Part shown: positions 9,438 to 19,558 of the stretch, piece after piece
Layout: the number at the start of each line of letters is the position of its first letter
How positions within the stretch are numbered: position 1 is the stretch's first letter
Assembly (NCBI GenBank): GCA_964430945.1
Contig: CAYSHH010000004.1
Coordinates: 334 to 64,333, forward strand
Origin: an uncultured Candidatus Saccharibacteria bacterium
GTDB taxonomy: Bacteria > Patescibacteriota > UBA1384 > JAMDBS01 > CAYSHH01
Direction: 5' to 3'
Length of the DNA stretch: 64,000 nucleotides
Notes under the pieces: model-generated
Seen by the model: the letters and a program-made list of their open reading frames with translations, nothing else
Told to the model about the DNA's origin: nothing
The model's database searches: none
Program-made: the position numbers and the translations under genes

Positions 9438-9944
9438 TTAGTCTTTATAAATTATTTTTACTTTTTCTAATATTTTTCTTTCGTCAAGATCGGATCTATC
9501 TTTATATCTTTTGGTTTGACTATCAATTTTTGTAATCAAATCATCTATTGTAAGGAACAATACTTTACTTCCAAATTCAGGATCATTTTTATCTCTTTTA
9601 GCAAGATCAAATTCTTTTAATTTGCATAGAAAATAGAGTGTAGTTTTTTCAATATTTTTTAGCTTATCTTCGTTGTAAAATCCCACTAGAGATCCGATAT
9701 ATTGCACAATATCTGTTTTTGCACCAAATTCTTCCATAAGACCTCTTTTAAGAGTCTGTTCTATAGATTCATTCTTTTCAGGAGATTCTCTCATAAGTAT
9801 ATATAATTGTTTTAATCCAGATATTTCATCAAAATAATGACACATAACTTGATTTTTATCGTTTAAGACTACAGCACCAATTGAATAGTGACATGGAAAT
9901 TGTTTTGTTTTTCTTAAATAATTTTTCATATTAGTTTTTTCCAT
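9438..9944 (-). CDS. Nudix hydrolase paralog
   Basis: Nudix-like box ...ESPEKNESIEQTLKRGLMEEFGAK. The start was placed at the internal Met (MEKTNMKNY) to reduce overlap with the upstream paralog. Confidence 0.65.
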   Translation of the reverse strand: MEKTNMKNYLRKTKQFPCHYSIGAVVLNDKNQVMCHYFDEISGLKQLYILMRESPEKNESIEQTLKRGLMEEFGAKTDIVQYIGSLVGFYNEDKLKNIEKTTLYFLCKLKEFDLAKRDKNDPEFGSKVLFLTIDDLITKIDSQTKRYKDRSDLDERKILEKVKIIYKD

Positions 9945-10398
9945 TATAATGGATAATCTTCTGAGATAAACCAACTTTGTTGATATAATTTTTGATTAAT
10001 TCTTTATCTGCTTTAAAGATAGTTTTTGGAAGATTATCCAAGTCAAACCATTTAATATCAATGTGATTATTTGGTTCTTTTATTTGAGCAATTCCTTTAA
10101 ATTTATTCGTTTTAGTTAAAAATGTAATCCAGTGGTCTTTATGATATTTCCAGTTTATTTCAAGTATTGAGATTAATCTACAATTTTTTACAGTCAATCC
10201 AACTTCTTCCTTTATTTCTCTTTTAGCGCAATCAGTAATTGATTCACCAACTTCAAATTTACCACCTGGTAAACTCCAGTGTTTGCCAGTATATTTTGAG
10301 CGTCTATCTGGAATATTTTTATTTAATAACATCAAGATCTTATTATCTTTTAAAATTAAATTAGCGACACCGATGCGAACATAATTTTTTCTTGTCAT
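9931..10398 (-). CDS. Nudix hydrolase paralog
   Basis: Nudix box GGKFEVGESITDCAKREIKEEVGL. Confidence 0.75.
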   Translation of the reverse strand: MTRKNYVRIGVANLILKDNKILMLLNKNIPDRRSKYTGKHWSLPGGKFEVGESITDCAKREIKEEVGLTVKNCRLISILEINWKYHKDHWITFLTKTNKFKGIAQIKEPNNHIDIKWFDLDNLPKTIFKADKELIKNYINKVGLSQKIIHYNGKN

Positions 10399-10844
10399 AA
10401 TAATTCCTTCTTAAAATGAGTGTAACAATTGTGCAAAGGTTATTCAAATAAAATTATTGTTTTATTTTTAATTAGAAGTTGTTTATCAAAACAATCTATC
10501 AACTCTCTCTTTTGCTCCCTAGTACCTTGTTTTAAGATGTATTTAACAAAATTTTCAATACAATATTGTGTTTTTCTGTCATTTTTGCTCAAGGTGTTGT
10601 GAATAAGTAAGAATTTATCTAGTTCTGGTTTTAGTAGTGGTTTTGAATTTATTTTCTCAATAGATATATCTTTTAATAATTCTGTAAGTTGTTTTACAAT
10701 ATCGACTTCTCTTATATATGGTTCTTTGCGATGTCTATTATTAAACTTCGTACAGTGATAATAGATATATTTTTTAATCTTTCCACTTTTATATCTCTTA
10801 AAATATTTTCAATTATGTATTTGCTTCTCTCTTGTTCATCATCT

Positions 10845-10853
10845 GTTATAATC
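10845..10853 (+). promoter_or_regulatory. TG-extended -10 element (TGtTATAAT) upstream of rsgA
   Basis: TGTTATAAT lies 5 nt before the ATG of MKENSISK. If real, it implies a leaderless or near-leaderless transcript. No good -35 is present. Confidence 0.35.
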
Positions 10854-10858
10854 GAAAT

Positions 10859-11947
10859 ATGAAAGAAAATAGTATATCAAAAATTAAACTTACAGATTTG
10901 GGCTACAATGATTTTTTTGACTCGCAGCTTGCAAAATTAGATTTAACAAACCTTTTGATCGCTCGTGTCATATCTGAGTCCAAAGAAATATATAAAGTAA
11001 AAACTGTTAACGGAGAATATCTAGCTAAAATTACTGGAAAACAAAGATTTCATGCCAGAAGTAGAATTGATTATCCTGCTGTTGGTGATTGGGTGATCGT
11101 TAGAAAAATTGATCAAGAAAAAATGATTATTAAAAGTATTTTATCCAGAAAAACGATACTTCAAAAAAAATACAGCAATAAAGAAGACACTCAAATTATT
11201 GCTACAAATATTGACGTAGCATTTATTGTTGAGTCATTGGATAGGGATTTTAGCCTTAATCGCTTTGAAAGATATATCGTATTGGCTAGTGAAGGGAAAG
11301 TCAGACCAGTCATATTGTTAAATAAAATAGATTTGGTGTCCACGGCTAGACTCAATGAAAAAATTAAACAAATAAAAGATAGATTTACTGATATCGATAT
11401 TATTTTAACTAGTACTGTCACGGGTGATGGATTGAATAAACTGCTAGCTTATATCGGTAGAGGAAAAACATATTGTTTTCTCGGTTCTTCTGGGGTAGGT
11501 AAATCTTCAATAATCAATCATCTACTCAAAAAAAATAATATTACAACTCAGGAAATCAGTACATCCAATCAGCGAGGTAAACACACAACTACTGCACGCG
11601 GAATGTATTTTTTGGAAAATGGTGGAATTGTTATTGATAATCCTGGTACGAGAGAGGTAGGTATTATAAATGCAAGCACCGGTATTAAAAATACATTCAA
11701 TGAAATAATGCTTTTATCTAAACAATGTAAATATGCTGATTGTACTCATACACATGAGCCTGGTTGCGCAGTATTGAAAGCCATGCAAAATAATATTTTA
11801 GACGAAAACGAATATCACAATTTTATCAAACTCAATAAAGAAAATGATTTTCATCAAATGACTGATTTTGAAAAAAGAGAAAAAGATCGAAAGTTTGGTA
11901 AATTCATAAAGAAATCAAAAAATAAATTTAAAAAGATGCAGTATTAA
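10859..11947 (+). CDS. rsgA: Ribosome small-subunit-dependent GTPase A (RsgA/YjeQ)
   Basis: N-terminal OB fold, circularly permuted GTPase motifs (VILLNKIDLV ... GSSGVGKSSIIN) and a C-terminal zinc finger (CKYADCTHTHEPGCAV). The ATG at 10859 is preferred over the TTG at 10832. Confidence 0.85.
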   Translation: MKENSISKIKLTDLGYNDFFDSQLAKLDLTNLLIARVISESKEIYKVKTVNGEYLAKITGKQRFHARSRIDYPAVGDWVIVRKIDQEKMIIKSILSRKTILQKKYSNKEDTQIIATNIDVAFIVESLDRDFSLNRFERYIVLASEGKVRPVILLNKIDLVSTARLNEKIKQIKDRFTDIDIILTSTVTGDGLNKLLAYIGRGKTYCFLGSSGVGKSSIINHLLKKNNITTQEISTSNQRGKHTTTARGMYFLENGGIVIDNPGTREVGIINASTGIKNTFNEIMLLSKQCKYADCTHTHEPGCAVLKAMQNNILDENEYHNFIKLNKENDFHQMTDFEKREKDRKFGKFIKKSKNKFKKMQY

Positions 11948-12021
11948 TCAAATGCTGATGCATAAAATTGTATCAGTCTAGTATATTGATTATCAGATAA
12001 ATATCATTAAGTATAGACAAG

Positions 12022-12579
12022 ATGGAAAAAATAAAATCAAATCTACATGATCAAATTTTTAAGATTATAAATCAGTCGATTTGTGACAATAAAAAGACAT
12101 ATGCTAGTTATTTGAAAAGATTGCACGAAGGTCATTTTACCAGAAGTGAAAATCAAAAATCTCATTTTTGTGTATATTTTTTTCCCTATAATCCCAAAAA
12201 CAAAAAAGTATTTATTGTGCATCACAAGAAGTCAGGGCTTTGGATTTCCCCTGGTGGACACATTGATGAAAACGAAGGACTTTTAGAGACATTAAATAGA
12301 GAAATATTTGAAGAGCTTGGTGTAAAAGACTTTTATAAAAAAGTACCATCTCCTTTTTTATTAACAATTACTCCAATTGATAATAAAATACAAAAATGCA
12401 AAAAACATTTTGATATATGGTATCTGATGCAAACAAACGGAAATCAATTTAATGTAGATCTGAAAGAATTTCACGATACAAAATGGGTAACAATCGATAA
12501 AGCAGAAAAAATAGTTACCAATATTGCCAATCAAAAAGCACTAAAAGTGATAAAAACAATGAGTAAGATCAATCTGTAG
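12022..12579 (+). CDS. Nudix hydrolase (fourth paralog in the neighbourhood)
   Basis: Nudix box PGGHIDENEGLLETLNREIFEELGV. Confidence 0.7.
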   Translation: MEKIKSNLHDQIFKIINQSICDNKKTYASYLKRLHEGHFTRSENQKSHFCVYFFPYNPKNKKVFIVHHKKSGLWISPGGHIDENEGLLETLNREIFEELGVKDFYKKVPSPFLLTITPIDNKIQKCKKHFDIWYLMQTNGNQFNVDLKEFHDTKWVTIDKAEKIVTNIANQKALKVIKTMSKINL

Positions 12580-14590
12580 TACTAGCCACAAATTGACTAT
12601 TGTATAGTGAAGTATAAAAACCTTTTTTAGCAAGTAGTTTCTCGTGAGTTCCCTGCTCGACAATATTTCCATCTTTCATGACCAGTATTAGATCTGCATC
12701 TTTGATTGTCGAAAGTCGATGGGCAATCACGAAACTAGTTTTTCCTTTCATAAGATTTTCCATTGCTTTTTGAATGAGAATTTCTGTACGTGTATCAACA
12801 GAGCTTGTTGCTTCATCCAATATTAACATGGGAGTTTTGACAAGCATTGCTCGAGTAATAGTCAGTAGCTGCTTCTCACCTTGAGAAATATTGTCTGCTT
12901 CTTCATTGAGTTCTAAATTATATCCTTGAGGCAAAGCGTGGATAAAATGATCTGCATGCGCGTGTTTTGCGGCATTTGCAATTTCTTTTTGGGTTGCATC
13001 TGGTTTTCCGTAAGCGATATTATCACGAATTGTTCCATTGAATAACCACGTATCTTGTAAAACCATACCAAATAATTTTCTAACATCAGATCTCTTCAAA
13101 TCATTTATATTAACTCCATCAATCTTAATCGATCCTTCGTTTACATCATAAAATCTCATAAGTAGATTGACCATTGTGGTTTTTCCCGCACCAGTTGGTC
13201 CAACGATAGCAACCTTTTGTCCTGATTTAATATGAGCATTAAATCCTTTGATAATTGCCTTATTTGGATCATAGCCGAAAACTACATTATCAAAACTAAT
13301 CTCACCTTTGACTGTTTGTAGAGCATTTTCTTTGGTGTCTTCTCTACTTTCTTCTTTCTCCTCAAGAAATTCAAAAACACGTTCTGCTGCAGCTGCAGTT
13401 GATTGTAACACATTTGTGATATTGGCAATTTGCGCAATTGGTTGATTAAATTGGTTTACATATTGGATAAATGCTTGAATGTCTCCGATTTGTAGCTTTC
13501 CATTGATAGCTAACCATCCACCCAGTACTGATACACCAACAAAACCTAAATTACCGACAAAGGTCATAATTGGCATCATTAGACCGGATAAAAATTGAGA
13601 TTTCCATGCACTACCGAAAAGTTTGGAATTAATTTTTCTAAATTTTCTAATTGATTCTTGTTTTCCATTAAATACTCTCATCACATTATGTCCAGCGTAC
13701 ATTTCTTCAATATGACCATTGAGTTTACCTAGCGAATCCTGTTGCTCTTTGAAAAAATGTTGTGACTTTTTAATAATCATCGCAATAAGTACAAAACTTA
13801 GAGGAAGCAGTATGAGAGATACAATTGTCATCTGCCAAGAAATTGAAAACATCATGATTAGAATACCGATCACCATAGTGATAGAGGTAATAATTTGAGA
13901 TAAGCTTTGATTGAGTGTTTGGCTTACAGTATCTACATCATTGGTAACTCGGGAAAGTATTTCTCCATAAGTTCTTTTATCAAAATATGACAACGGTAGA
14001 CGATTAATTTTTTTAGAAATGTCTCGGCGCAACTGATATGTTATTTTTTGCGAAACACCAGTCATAATCCATCCCTGTATATAGTTAAAAATCGCACTTA
14101 CAAGATATAAAATCAAAAGCTTGATAGCAAAATCTTTCAATATATTAAAATCAATTTGTGGTTTTATGGATAGATCAAGTTTTTTAATCCGATCAACCAT
14201 ATTAGATGGAATTTTTTGAGCTACATCTTCTGGCATATATTGCAACAATACTTCACCAGTCATGCCAGGAGCTATCTCAAATTTTTCTGGTAATTTCTTG
14301 GTAATCTCATCATATGATTTCATATCTACATAATCACTGACGATCTGATTAGTCATATTGCCTAATATTTTTGGACTTACGATTGCAAAAATTGTACTGG
14401 CGATTGCAAATACAAAAACAAAAATTATTGGAACCCAAAATGGTTTCATGTATGTAACCAATTTATTTATTGTTGACCAAAAATCTTTTGGCTTTTCAAT
14501 CGCACCCATTCCCATGCCGCCTGGCCCTCCTCTTGGCATGGCTTTTGGTTTATTCATGTTTTGATCAACTCGGATCTTGTCTTTACTCAT
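12569..14590 (-). CDS. ABC transporter, fused permease/ATP-binding subunit (heterodimeric multidrug-exporter type)
   Basis: An N-terminal 6-TM domain is followed by an NBD with Walker A GPTGAGKTT, the signature motif LSQGEKQLL and Walker B ILDEATS. Confidence 0.85.
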   Translation of the reverse strand: MSKDKIRVDQNMNKPKAMPRGGPGGMGMGAIEKPKDFWSTINKLVTYMKPFWVPIIFVFVFAIASTIFAIVSPKILGNMTNQIVSDYVDMKSYDEITKKLPEKFEIAPGMTGEVLLQYMPEDVAQKIPSNMVDRIKKLDLSIKPQIDFNILKDFAIKLLILYLVSAIFNYIQGWIMTGVSQKITYQLRRDISKKINRLPLSYFDKRTYGEILSRVTNDVDTVSQTLNQSLSQIITSITMVIGILIMMFSISWQMTIVSLILLPLSFVLIAMIIKKSQHFFKEQQDSLGKLNGHIEEMYAGHNVMRVFNGKQESIRKFRKINSKLFGSAWKSQFLSGLMMPIMTFVGNLGFVGVSVLGGWLAINGKLQIGDIQAFIQYVNQFNQPIAQIANITNVLQSTAAAAERVFEFLEEKEESREDTKENALQTVKGEISFDNVVFGYDPNKAIIKGFNAHIKSGQKVAIVGPTGAGKTTMVNLLMRFYDVNEGSIKIDGVNINDLKRSDVRKLFGMVLQDTWLFNGTIRDNIAYGKPDATQKEIANAAKHAHADHFIHALPQGYNLELNEEADNISQGEKQLLTITRAMLVKTPMLILDEATSSVDTRTEILIQKAMENLMKGKTSFVIAHRLSTIKDADLILVMKDGNIVEQGTHEKLLAKKGFYTSLYNSQFVASTTD

Positions 14591-16389
14591 GCATTACCCC
14601 CAAGTACAACTTCCTTACTCTTCATTTTTCTATTTTTGAGATCACTATTGATTTGATAATCCAATAATTCCTTTTCTGAAAGTTGTGAGTAGGCAATCTC
14701 GCGATAAACTTTACAGTTCTTTAATAATTGTTGATGAGTGCCTTTTCCGACCATTTTTCCATCATCAAGTACAATTATTTTTTCTGCTGATAATATCGTC
14801 GATATTCTTTGAGTAACAATAAGAACTGTCTTATTTTTGATTTTACTTTTAAGTGCTTTGCGAAGCATAGCATCGGTTTTAAAATCAAGCGCTGAAAAAC
14901 TATCATCAAAAATATATATCTCTGGTTTTCTAATGATAGCTCGAGCGATTGAAAGCCTTTGCTTCTGACCACCAGAAACATTTGTTCCTCCCTGGGAAAT
15001 CGGTGCTTCAAATTTACCATCTAAATTTTTGATAAATTCTTCTGATTGGGATACTCGAGCGATTTCTTGCATTTCAATATCGCTTGCTTCAAGTGCTCCA
15101 TATTTAATATTTGAGCTTACTGTACCAGAAAATAAAACTCCTTTTTGAGGCACATAGCCAATTTTTGAGTAAAGATCTTCAAGTTTGTATTGACGTATAT
15201 CAACTCCATCAATTACAATCTCACCAGACGTCACATCGTAAAAACGGGGTATTAAATTAATAAGTGTTGATTTACCAGAACCTGTTGATCCAATAAAAGC
15301 AGTTGTTTCACCAGGGTTTGCTTTAAAGGAAATATTTTCAAGTACTGGAGTATCTGCACCCGGGTATGTAAAATTTACATTTTTAAATTCTAGTTCACCA
15401 ACTGTTTGTCTTTTTGCTTTTATTGGTTTTTTAGGATCTTTTATCGATGGTTTAGTTTCAATCACGTCGTTTACTCTTCCGGCTGAAACAGATGCGCGTG
15501 GTATCATGATAAATACAATCGAGATCATAAGAAATGCCATAATGACCTGCATTGCATATTGCATAAAAGCAATCATGTTACCCACTTCAAGATTTCCAGT
15601 ATTAATCCAGCTTGCCCCCACCCATACAATAAGTACCGATGTTAGATTGAGAATCAACATCATTACTGGTTGCATAATTACCATTAGACGATTCACAAAA
15701 AGATTTGTGGCGGTCAGCTCAACATTAGTTTTATCAAATTTTTCTTGTTCCACGTGCTCATTGTTAAAAGCACGGATTACCCGAAGTCCAGTCAAATTTT
15801 CTCGTGTGACTCGATTGAGTTTATCAATAAGCTTTTGCAATAATTTAAATTTGGGCATAGCCACGGTAAACAATACAATAATTACGCCAAGCAGTACGGT
15901 TACCGCTAGTGCGATTATCCACGACATAGATGGTGACAGATGATAAGCTTTAATTATTGCCCAAATACCAGTGATTGGCGCTTGTAAAATCATCCTTAGG
16001 ATAAGCACCGTTACCATTTGTATTTGCTGAATATCGTTTGTCGAACGAGTTATAAGCGAGGCTGTCGAGAATTTATTAAATTCTACTGATGAAAAATTTT
16101 CAACTTTAGAAAATACCTTGTCTCTAATATCTCTACTAAATCCTGTAGCGATTTTTGAAGAAAAATAGCCTACTCCTACAGTACAAAGCGCACCACCAAG
16201 TGCGACGAGTAGCATTAGAAGCCCAGTATTAAGAATTAAATTATTATTCTGGTTGACGATACCATCATTAATTATTTTTGCCATATAATCGGGTAGCTGA
16301 AGCGTTGCAGCTACTGAGCCAAAGACTAAAACAATCAGAAAAATGATTTGTAGAGTATAAGGTTTTAAATATTTAAATAATTTAAGCAT
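14587..16389 (-). CDS. ABC transporter, fused permease/ATP-binding subunit (partner of the preceding gene)
   Basis: TMD plus NBD with Walker A GSTGSGKST, signature motif VSGGQKQRL and Walker B IFDDSFSALD. It overlaps the downstream ABC gene by 4 nt. Confidence 0.85.
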   Translation of the reverse strand: MLKLFKYLKPYTLQIIFLIVLVFGSVAATLQLPDYMAKIINDGIVNQNNNLILNTGLLMLLVALGGALCTVGVGYFSSKIATGFSRDIRDKVFSKVENFSSVEFNKFSTASLITRSTNDIQQIQMVTVLILRMILQAPITGIWAIIKAYHLSPSMSWIIALAVTVLLGVIIVLFTVAMPKFKLLQKLIDKLNRVTRENLTGLRVIRAFNNEHVEQEKFDKTNVELTATNLFVNRLMVIMQPVMMLILNLTSVLIVWVGASWINTGNLEVGNMIAFMQYAMQVIMAFLMISIVFIMIPRASVSAGRVNDVIETKPSIKDPKKPIKAKRQTVGELEFKNVNFTYPGADTPVLENISFKANPGETTAFIGSTGSGKSTLINLIPRFYDVTSGEIVIDGVDIRQYKLEDLYSKIGYVPQKGVLFSGTVSSNIKYGALEASDIEMQEIARVSQSEEFIKNLDGKFEAPISQGGTNVSGGQKQRLSIARAIIRKPEIYIFDDSFSALDFKTDAMLRKALKSKIKNKTVLIVTQRISTILSAEKIIVLDDGKMVGKGTHQQLLKNCKVYREIAYSQLSEKELLDYQINSDLKNRKMKSKEVVLGGNA

Positions 16390-16394
16390 AGTAT

Positions 16395-16832
16395 TTATTT
16401 ATATAATCCCTGAAAAGTTGATATTCTTTTTACTAAACGCACAAGTTCTTTGGTGTCTTCTTCTCCCAAAAAATTCGCAATTGCCTGGGTTTTATCTACA
16501 AATTCCTTTTTAAGCTTTGCAACCTCACCAATCCCTTTTTTAGTCAATTTTACCAATACAATTCTTTTATCATTTTTATCTGAAAAGCGCTTGATAAGAC
16601 CTTGGTTTTCCAAAGTGTTTATTTGGTGGGTCACTGCAGCGAGTGTTACACCAATTTCATTTGCTAATTTTGTGATGGTAATTGATTGTTCACGTGTAAG
16701 TTTATTAATCAGAAACAATATATGTCGCTCGGCTCCTTTTATAGTTGGATGATTACATTTAAACATTTTTGTTTTTGCAAGTTTTAGCATTGCATTATGT
16801 AGCTCAAATGTTGTTTTTCTATCGGTTTTCAT
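16395..16832 (-). CDS. MarR-family transcriptional regulator
   Basis: 145 aa with a winged-HTH region (ITITKLANEIGVTLAAVTHQINTLENQGLIKR). It is upstream of and co-oriented with the ABC exporter pair. Confidence 0.8.
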   Translation of the reverse strand: MKTDRKTTFELHNAMLKLAKTKMFKCNHPTIKGAERHILFLINKLTREQSITITKLANEIGVTLAAVTHQINTLENQGLIKRFSDKNDKRIVLVKLTKKGIGEVAKLKKEFVDKTQAIANFLGEEDTKELVRLVKRISTFQGLYK

Positions 16833-16852
16833 AGTTTAATTTTTTTAGATAG

Positions 16853-16865
16853 TTTACTAAGTAAA
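16853..16865. promoter_or_regulatory. Perfect 6-1-6 inverted repeat (TTTACTaAGTAAA), candidate MarR operator
   Basis: It lies 21 nt upstream of the marR start codon. A GTAAA unit is repeated once more immediately after it. Confidence 0.3.
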
Positions 16866-16989
16866 GTAAATTATATTGCATAAAAAAATAATTGTCAATA
16901 TATCAAATATTACTTTTCAACTTTACGAATTTTGTCTGGTACGAGATAATACATACACACATTGTCAATATTAGCTAAATAAAAATGCT

Positions 16990-18183
16990 ATGAAAAAATA
17001 TACAAAAACAATTATTCTAATAGTTATTATCGTTCTTGTCGGTGGTTTAGTGTTTTGGACGATCGGAAAACCAATGCCAAGTCTAACAGCTCAAGCAAGA
17101 GATATTGAGATGCCTACAACGAAAGTCGGAGCGATTACCTGGCCAACGCGTGGGCAATCGGCAATTGGTGCCAAAGGCTATGGCGTAGTAGCGACTGATG
17201 GTGAGCAAAAAGGCGTGCCGATCGCTAGTATCGCCAAAACTATGTTGGCGCTATCTGTTTTGCAGAAAAAACCATTAGCTATGGGTGAGCAAGGGCCACA
17301 GGTTAATTTTACTCAATCGGATATTGATAAATACAATGATTTTTTGGCACAAAATCAATCAGTAGTACCAATTGCTATCGATGAGCCAATTACTGAGTAT
17401 CAAGCCTTGCAGGCACTTATGCTTCCTTCTGGGAATAATATCGCTGATGCTCTTGCTGCATGGGCTTTTGGATCTGTAAATAATTATTTAGATTTTGCCA
17501 ATGAACAAGCAAAAAGCTGGGGACTCACGGAAACTCATTTTGCTGATGCCAGTGGATTTTCTCCAAAAACCGTAAGTAGTGCTCAAGATTTAGTTATGCT
17601 TGGTGAACATGTTTACGATGAGCCGGTTCTGGCTGATATTGTTAGTCAAGAGGAAGTCACTCTTCCGGTCGCAGGAACAGTCTATAATGTTAATACCCTT
17701 CTTGGTCAGGAAAATATTATTGGCATTAAGACAGGTAATACTGATGAAGCTGGCGGATGTTTCTTGTTTGCCACTAAAAATAATATTGATGGGCAGGATG
17801 TGACAATAATAAGTGCAATTCTTGGTGATACCGATCTTGCAACTGTATTGTATGATTCATTAGTTTTTGCCCAAAATAATTCCCAAAGTCTTGAACTACT
17901 AACCATTCTTTCTAAGGATCAAGTTGTTGGCGAGTTCAATGTTCCTTGGGATAGCACAGTCAATGTAATTCCCGAAGAGGAAGTAACTATTCTTGCTACA
18001 AAAGATGAAGAATTTACCACAGAAGTAGCTATTGATACGGTAAGTACTGCAAAATCAGCAGGTGATAAAGTCGGAGAAATTACGATTAAATCCAAAGATG
18101 CGACCAAAACTGTTCCATTAGTTCTAGAAAATTCTATTTCTACGCCATCGTTCTTTTGGAAATTCACTCATTTGTTTAACTAA
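16990..18183 (+). CDS. D-alanyl-D-alanine carboxypeptidase (S11 peptidase / PBP5-like)
   Basis: N-terminal membrane anchor, the SxxK motif (ASIAKTM), the SGN motif (LPSGNN) and the KTG motif (IKTGNT). Confidence 0.8.
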   Translation: MKKYTKTIILIVIIVLVGGLVFWTIGKPMPSLTAQARDIEMPTTKVGAITWPTRGQSAIGAKGYGVVATDGEQKGVPIASIAKTMLALSVLQKKPLAMGEQGPQVNFTQSDIDKYNDFLAQNQSVVPIAIDEPITEYQALQALMLPSGNNIADALAAWAFGSVNNYLDFANEQAKSWGLTETHFADASGFSPKTVSSAQDLVMLGEHVYDEPVLADIVSQEEVTLPVAGTVYNVNTLLGQENIIGIKTGNTDEAGGCFLFATKNNIDGQDVTIISAILGDTDLATVLYDSLVFAQNNSQSLELLTILSKDQVVGEFNVPWDSTVNVIPEEEVTILATKDEEFTTEVAIDTVSTAKSAGDKVGEITIKSKDATKTVPLVLENSISTPSFFWKFTHLFN

Positions 18184-18378
18184 AATTTATGACAATAGAT
18201 TACTATTAAAGAGGACAAGCCGTGGAATTACCATATAAATTGATAAATAATCTAGATGAAAAGATTAAAGCTAGATGGCAAAAACAGTTTGTCAATCCTG
18301 GGCGTGCCTCGATAGATGGTATATGGCGTCGAACTCAGTGTGCTGAAAATAAAATCTGGTTGGAAAAATAATAACGAT

Positions 18379-19387
18379 ATGCGTAGAAAAATGGTTCATT
18401 ATTTTGATACATTCGATGTGCAAAAGAGTAAAAATAAATATTCTTTTGTAATAACAGAGCCATTTCTTTGGGTGCACTATACTTTTCCTAAAAATGAAAT
18501 CAAATCATTCGATGCCTTAGTAACCAGATCGCTTAAAAGATGGGAACGTATTTCTGAAAATAAATATGTTCTCGGAGATCTTTCTTTCAGTATTGATATG
18601 GCCAAACCCCTAGATGATTTTATGACATTTCCTAAAAATTATTTGTATCGTTCTTACACATTATCGAAAAAAGATTACCAATTAAATGCCGATATTGAGC
18701 ATGAGCCATGGGATGTATTGAAGACAGGTATACGTCCTATTATGAAACGTGGTAATCCGCTAATGACAACTAAAATTAAGGACATACAAAAATATTTTCC
18801 AGCCCACTTTGAATTGGGGTGCGGGCCATCAATTGAGGCTGGCATTCCTCCACTTCATTTTCTGCATGAAGTATTTGGTATATCAGATCCTAAAACTGGT
18901 ATGTTTATTCTTGATCTAGCCAAAGACAAACTTATACCATTCATCTTAACTGATCCAAAATCATTTTATTTACAATCATCTTTGCCGTACCGAAAAGCCC
19001 TTATTTCTCCAGCTACTAAATTTTATCGCACCATGAGTATATTAAAAGATAAAAATCTCTTGATAGAGCCGATAATAACAAATAATTTTGATGGATTTTC
19101 TTCTCTAATGGGATTGAAAGAACAATATGTTAGACGTTATAAGGAAAGTGAAATCATGCCCAAGCTAGATATTGACCCAAGAGCAAAATCATTGATTGTG
19201 GTTGGAGCACATGCAGACAGAAGGCATACATAAGAAGCTGCACGTCTTGCTGGTTTAAAAGTAATATATATTGATCCAGAACAATTTGGTAAAAACCACC
19301 CATACCCTCTTGAATCACCACAGGATGAAGATATCGTCATGAATATGACTGCATATGAATTTGCGACTGCATTGAGAAAAATATTTT
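18379..19387 (+). pseudogene. SIR2-like (DHS-like NAD-binding fold) protein with an N-terminal extension, interrupted by an in-frame TAA at 19231-19233
   Basis: GCGPSIEAGIPP corresponds to the sirtuin GAGIS..GIP motif, and IITNNFDGFS to the TQNIDGL motif. SLIVVGAHAD...(TAA)...LKVIYIDPEQ corresponds to the sirtuin LVIGTSL...KLVIINLEPT motifs. The reading frame continues for 51 codons after the stop. A second short GTG ORF in another frame immediately upstream (18222-18371) suggests additional decay. Confidence 0.45.
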
Positions 19388-19505
19388 GACATAAAAATAT
19401 CAATCACAATATTGCAATCGAAATTTAAAAAAAATAGCCAAATATATTATTCCAAATAAAAGGATGTTCTAGACCGAGTACATGAATTATCAGTAGATAT
19501 CCAAC

Positions 19506-19534
19506 AAAAAAAAGAACCCCATAAAATAGGGTTC
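19506..19534 (-). terminator. Hairpin terminator (gaaccc...gggttc) with a T-run on the minus strand, downstream of the 19559-20209 gene
   Basis: The stem gaaccc/gggttc has a 9-nt loop. A run of A8 on the plus strand gives a U-run for the minus-strand transcript. Confidence 0.4.
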
Positions 19535-19558
19535 GTAAAATCGATACACGATATATGA

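Noticed and set aside
18316-18378. Long N-terminal extension (MVYGVELSVLKIK...) of the SIR2-like ORF as called in the ORF track
   Set aside because: It overlaps a different-frame ORF and lacks an RBS. A start at MRRKMVHY (18379) or later is more plausible. The whole gene is in any case treated as a probable pseudogene.
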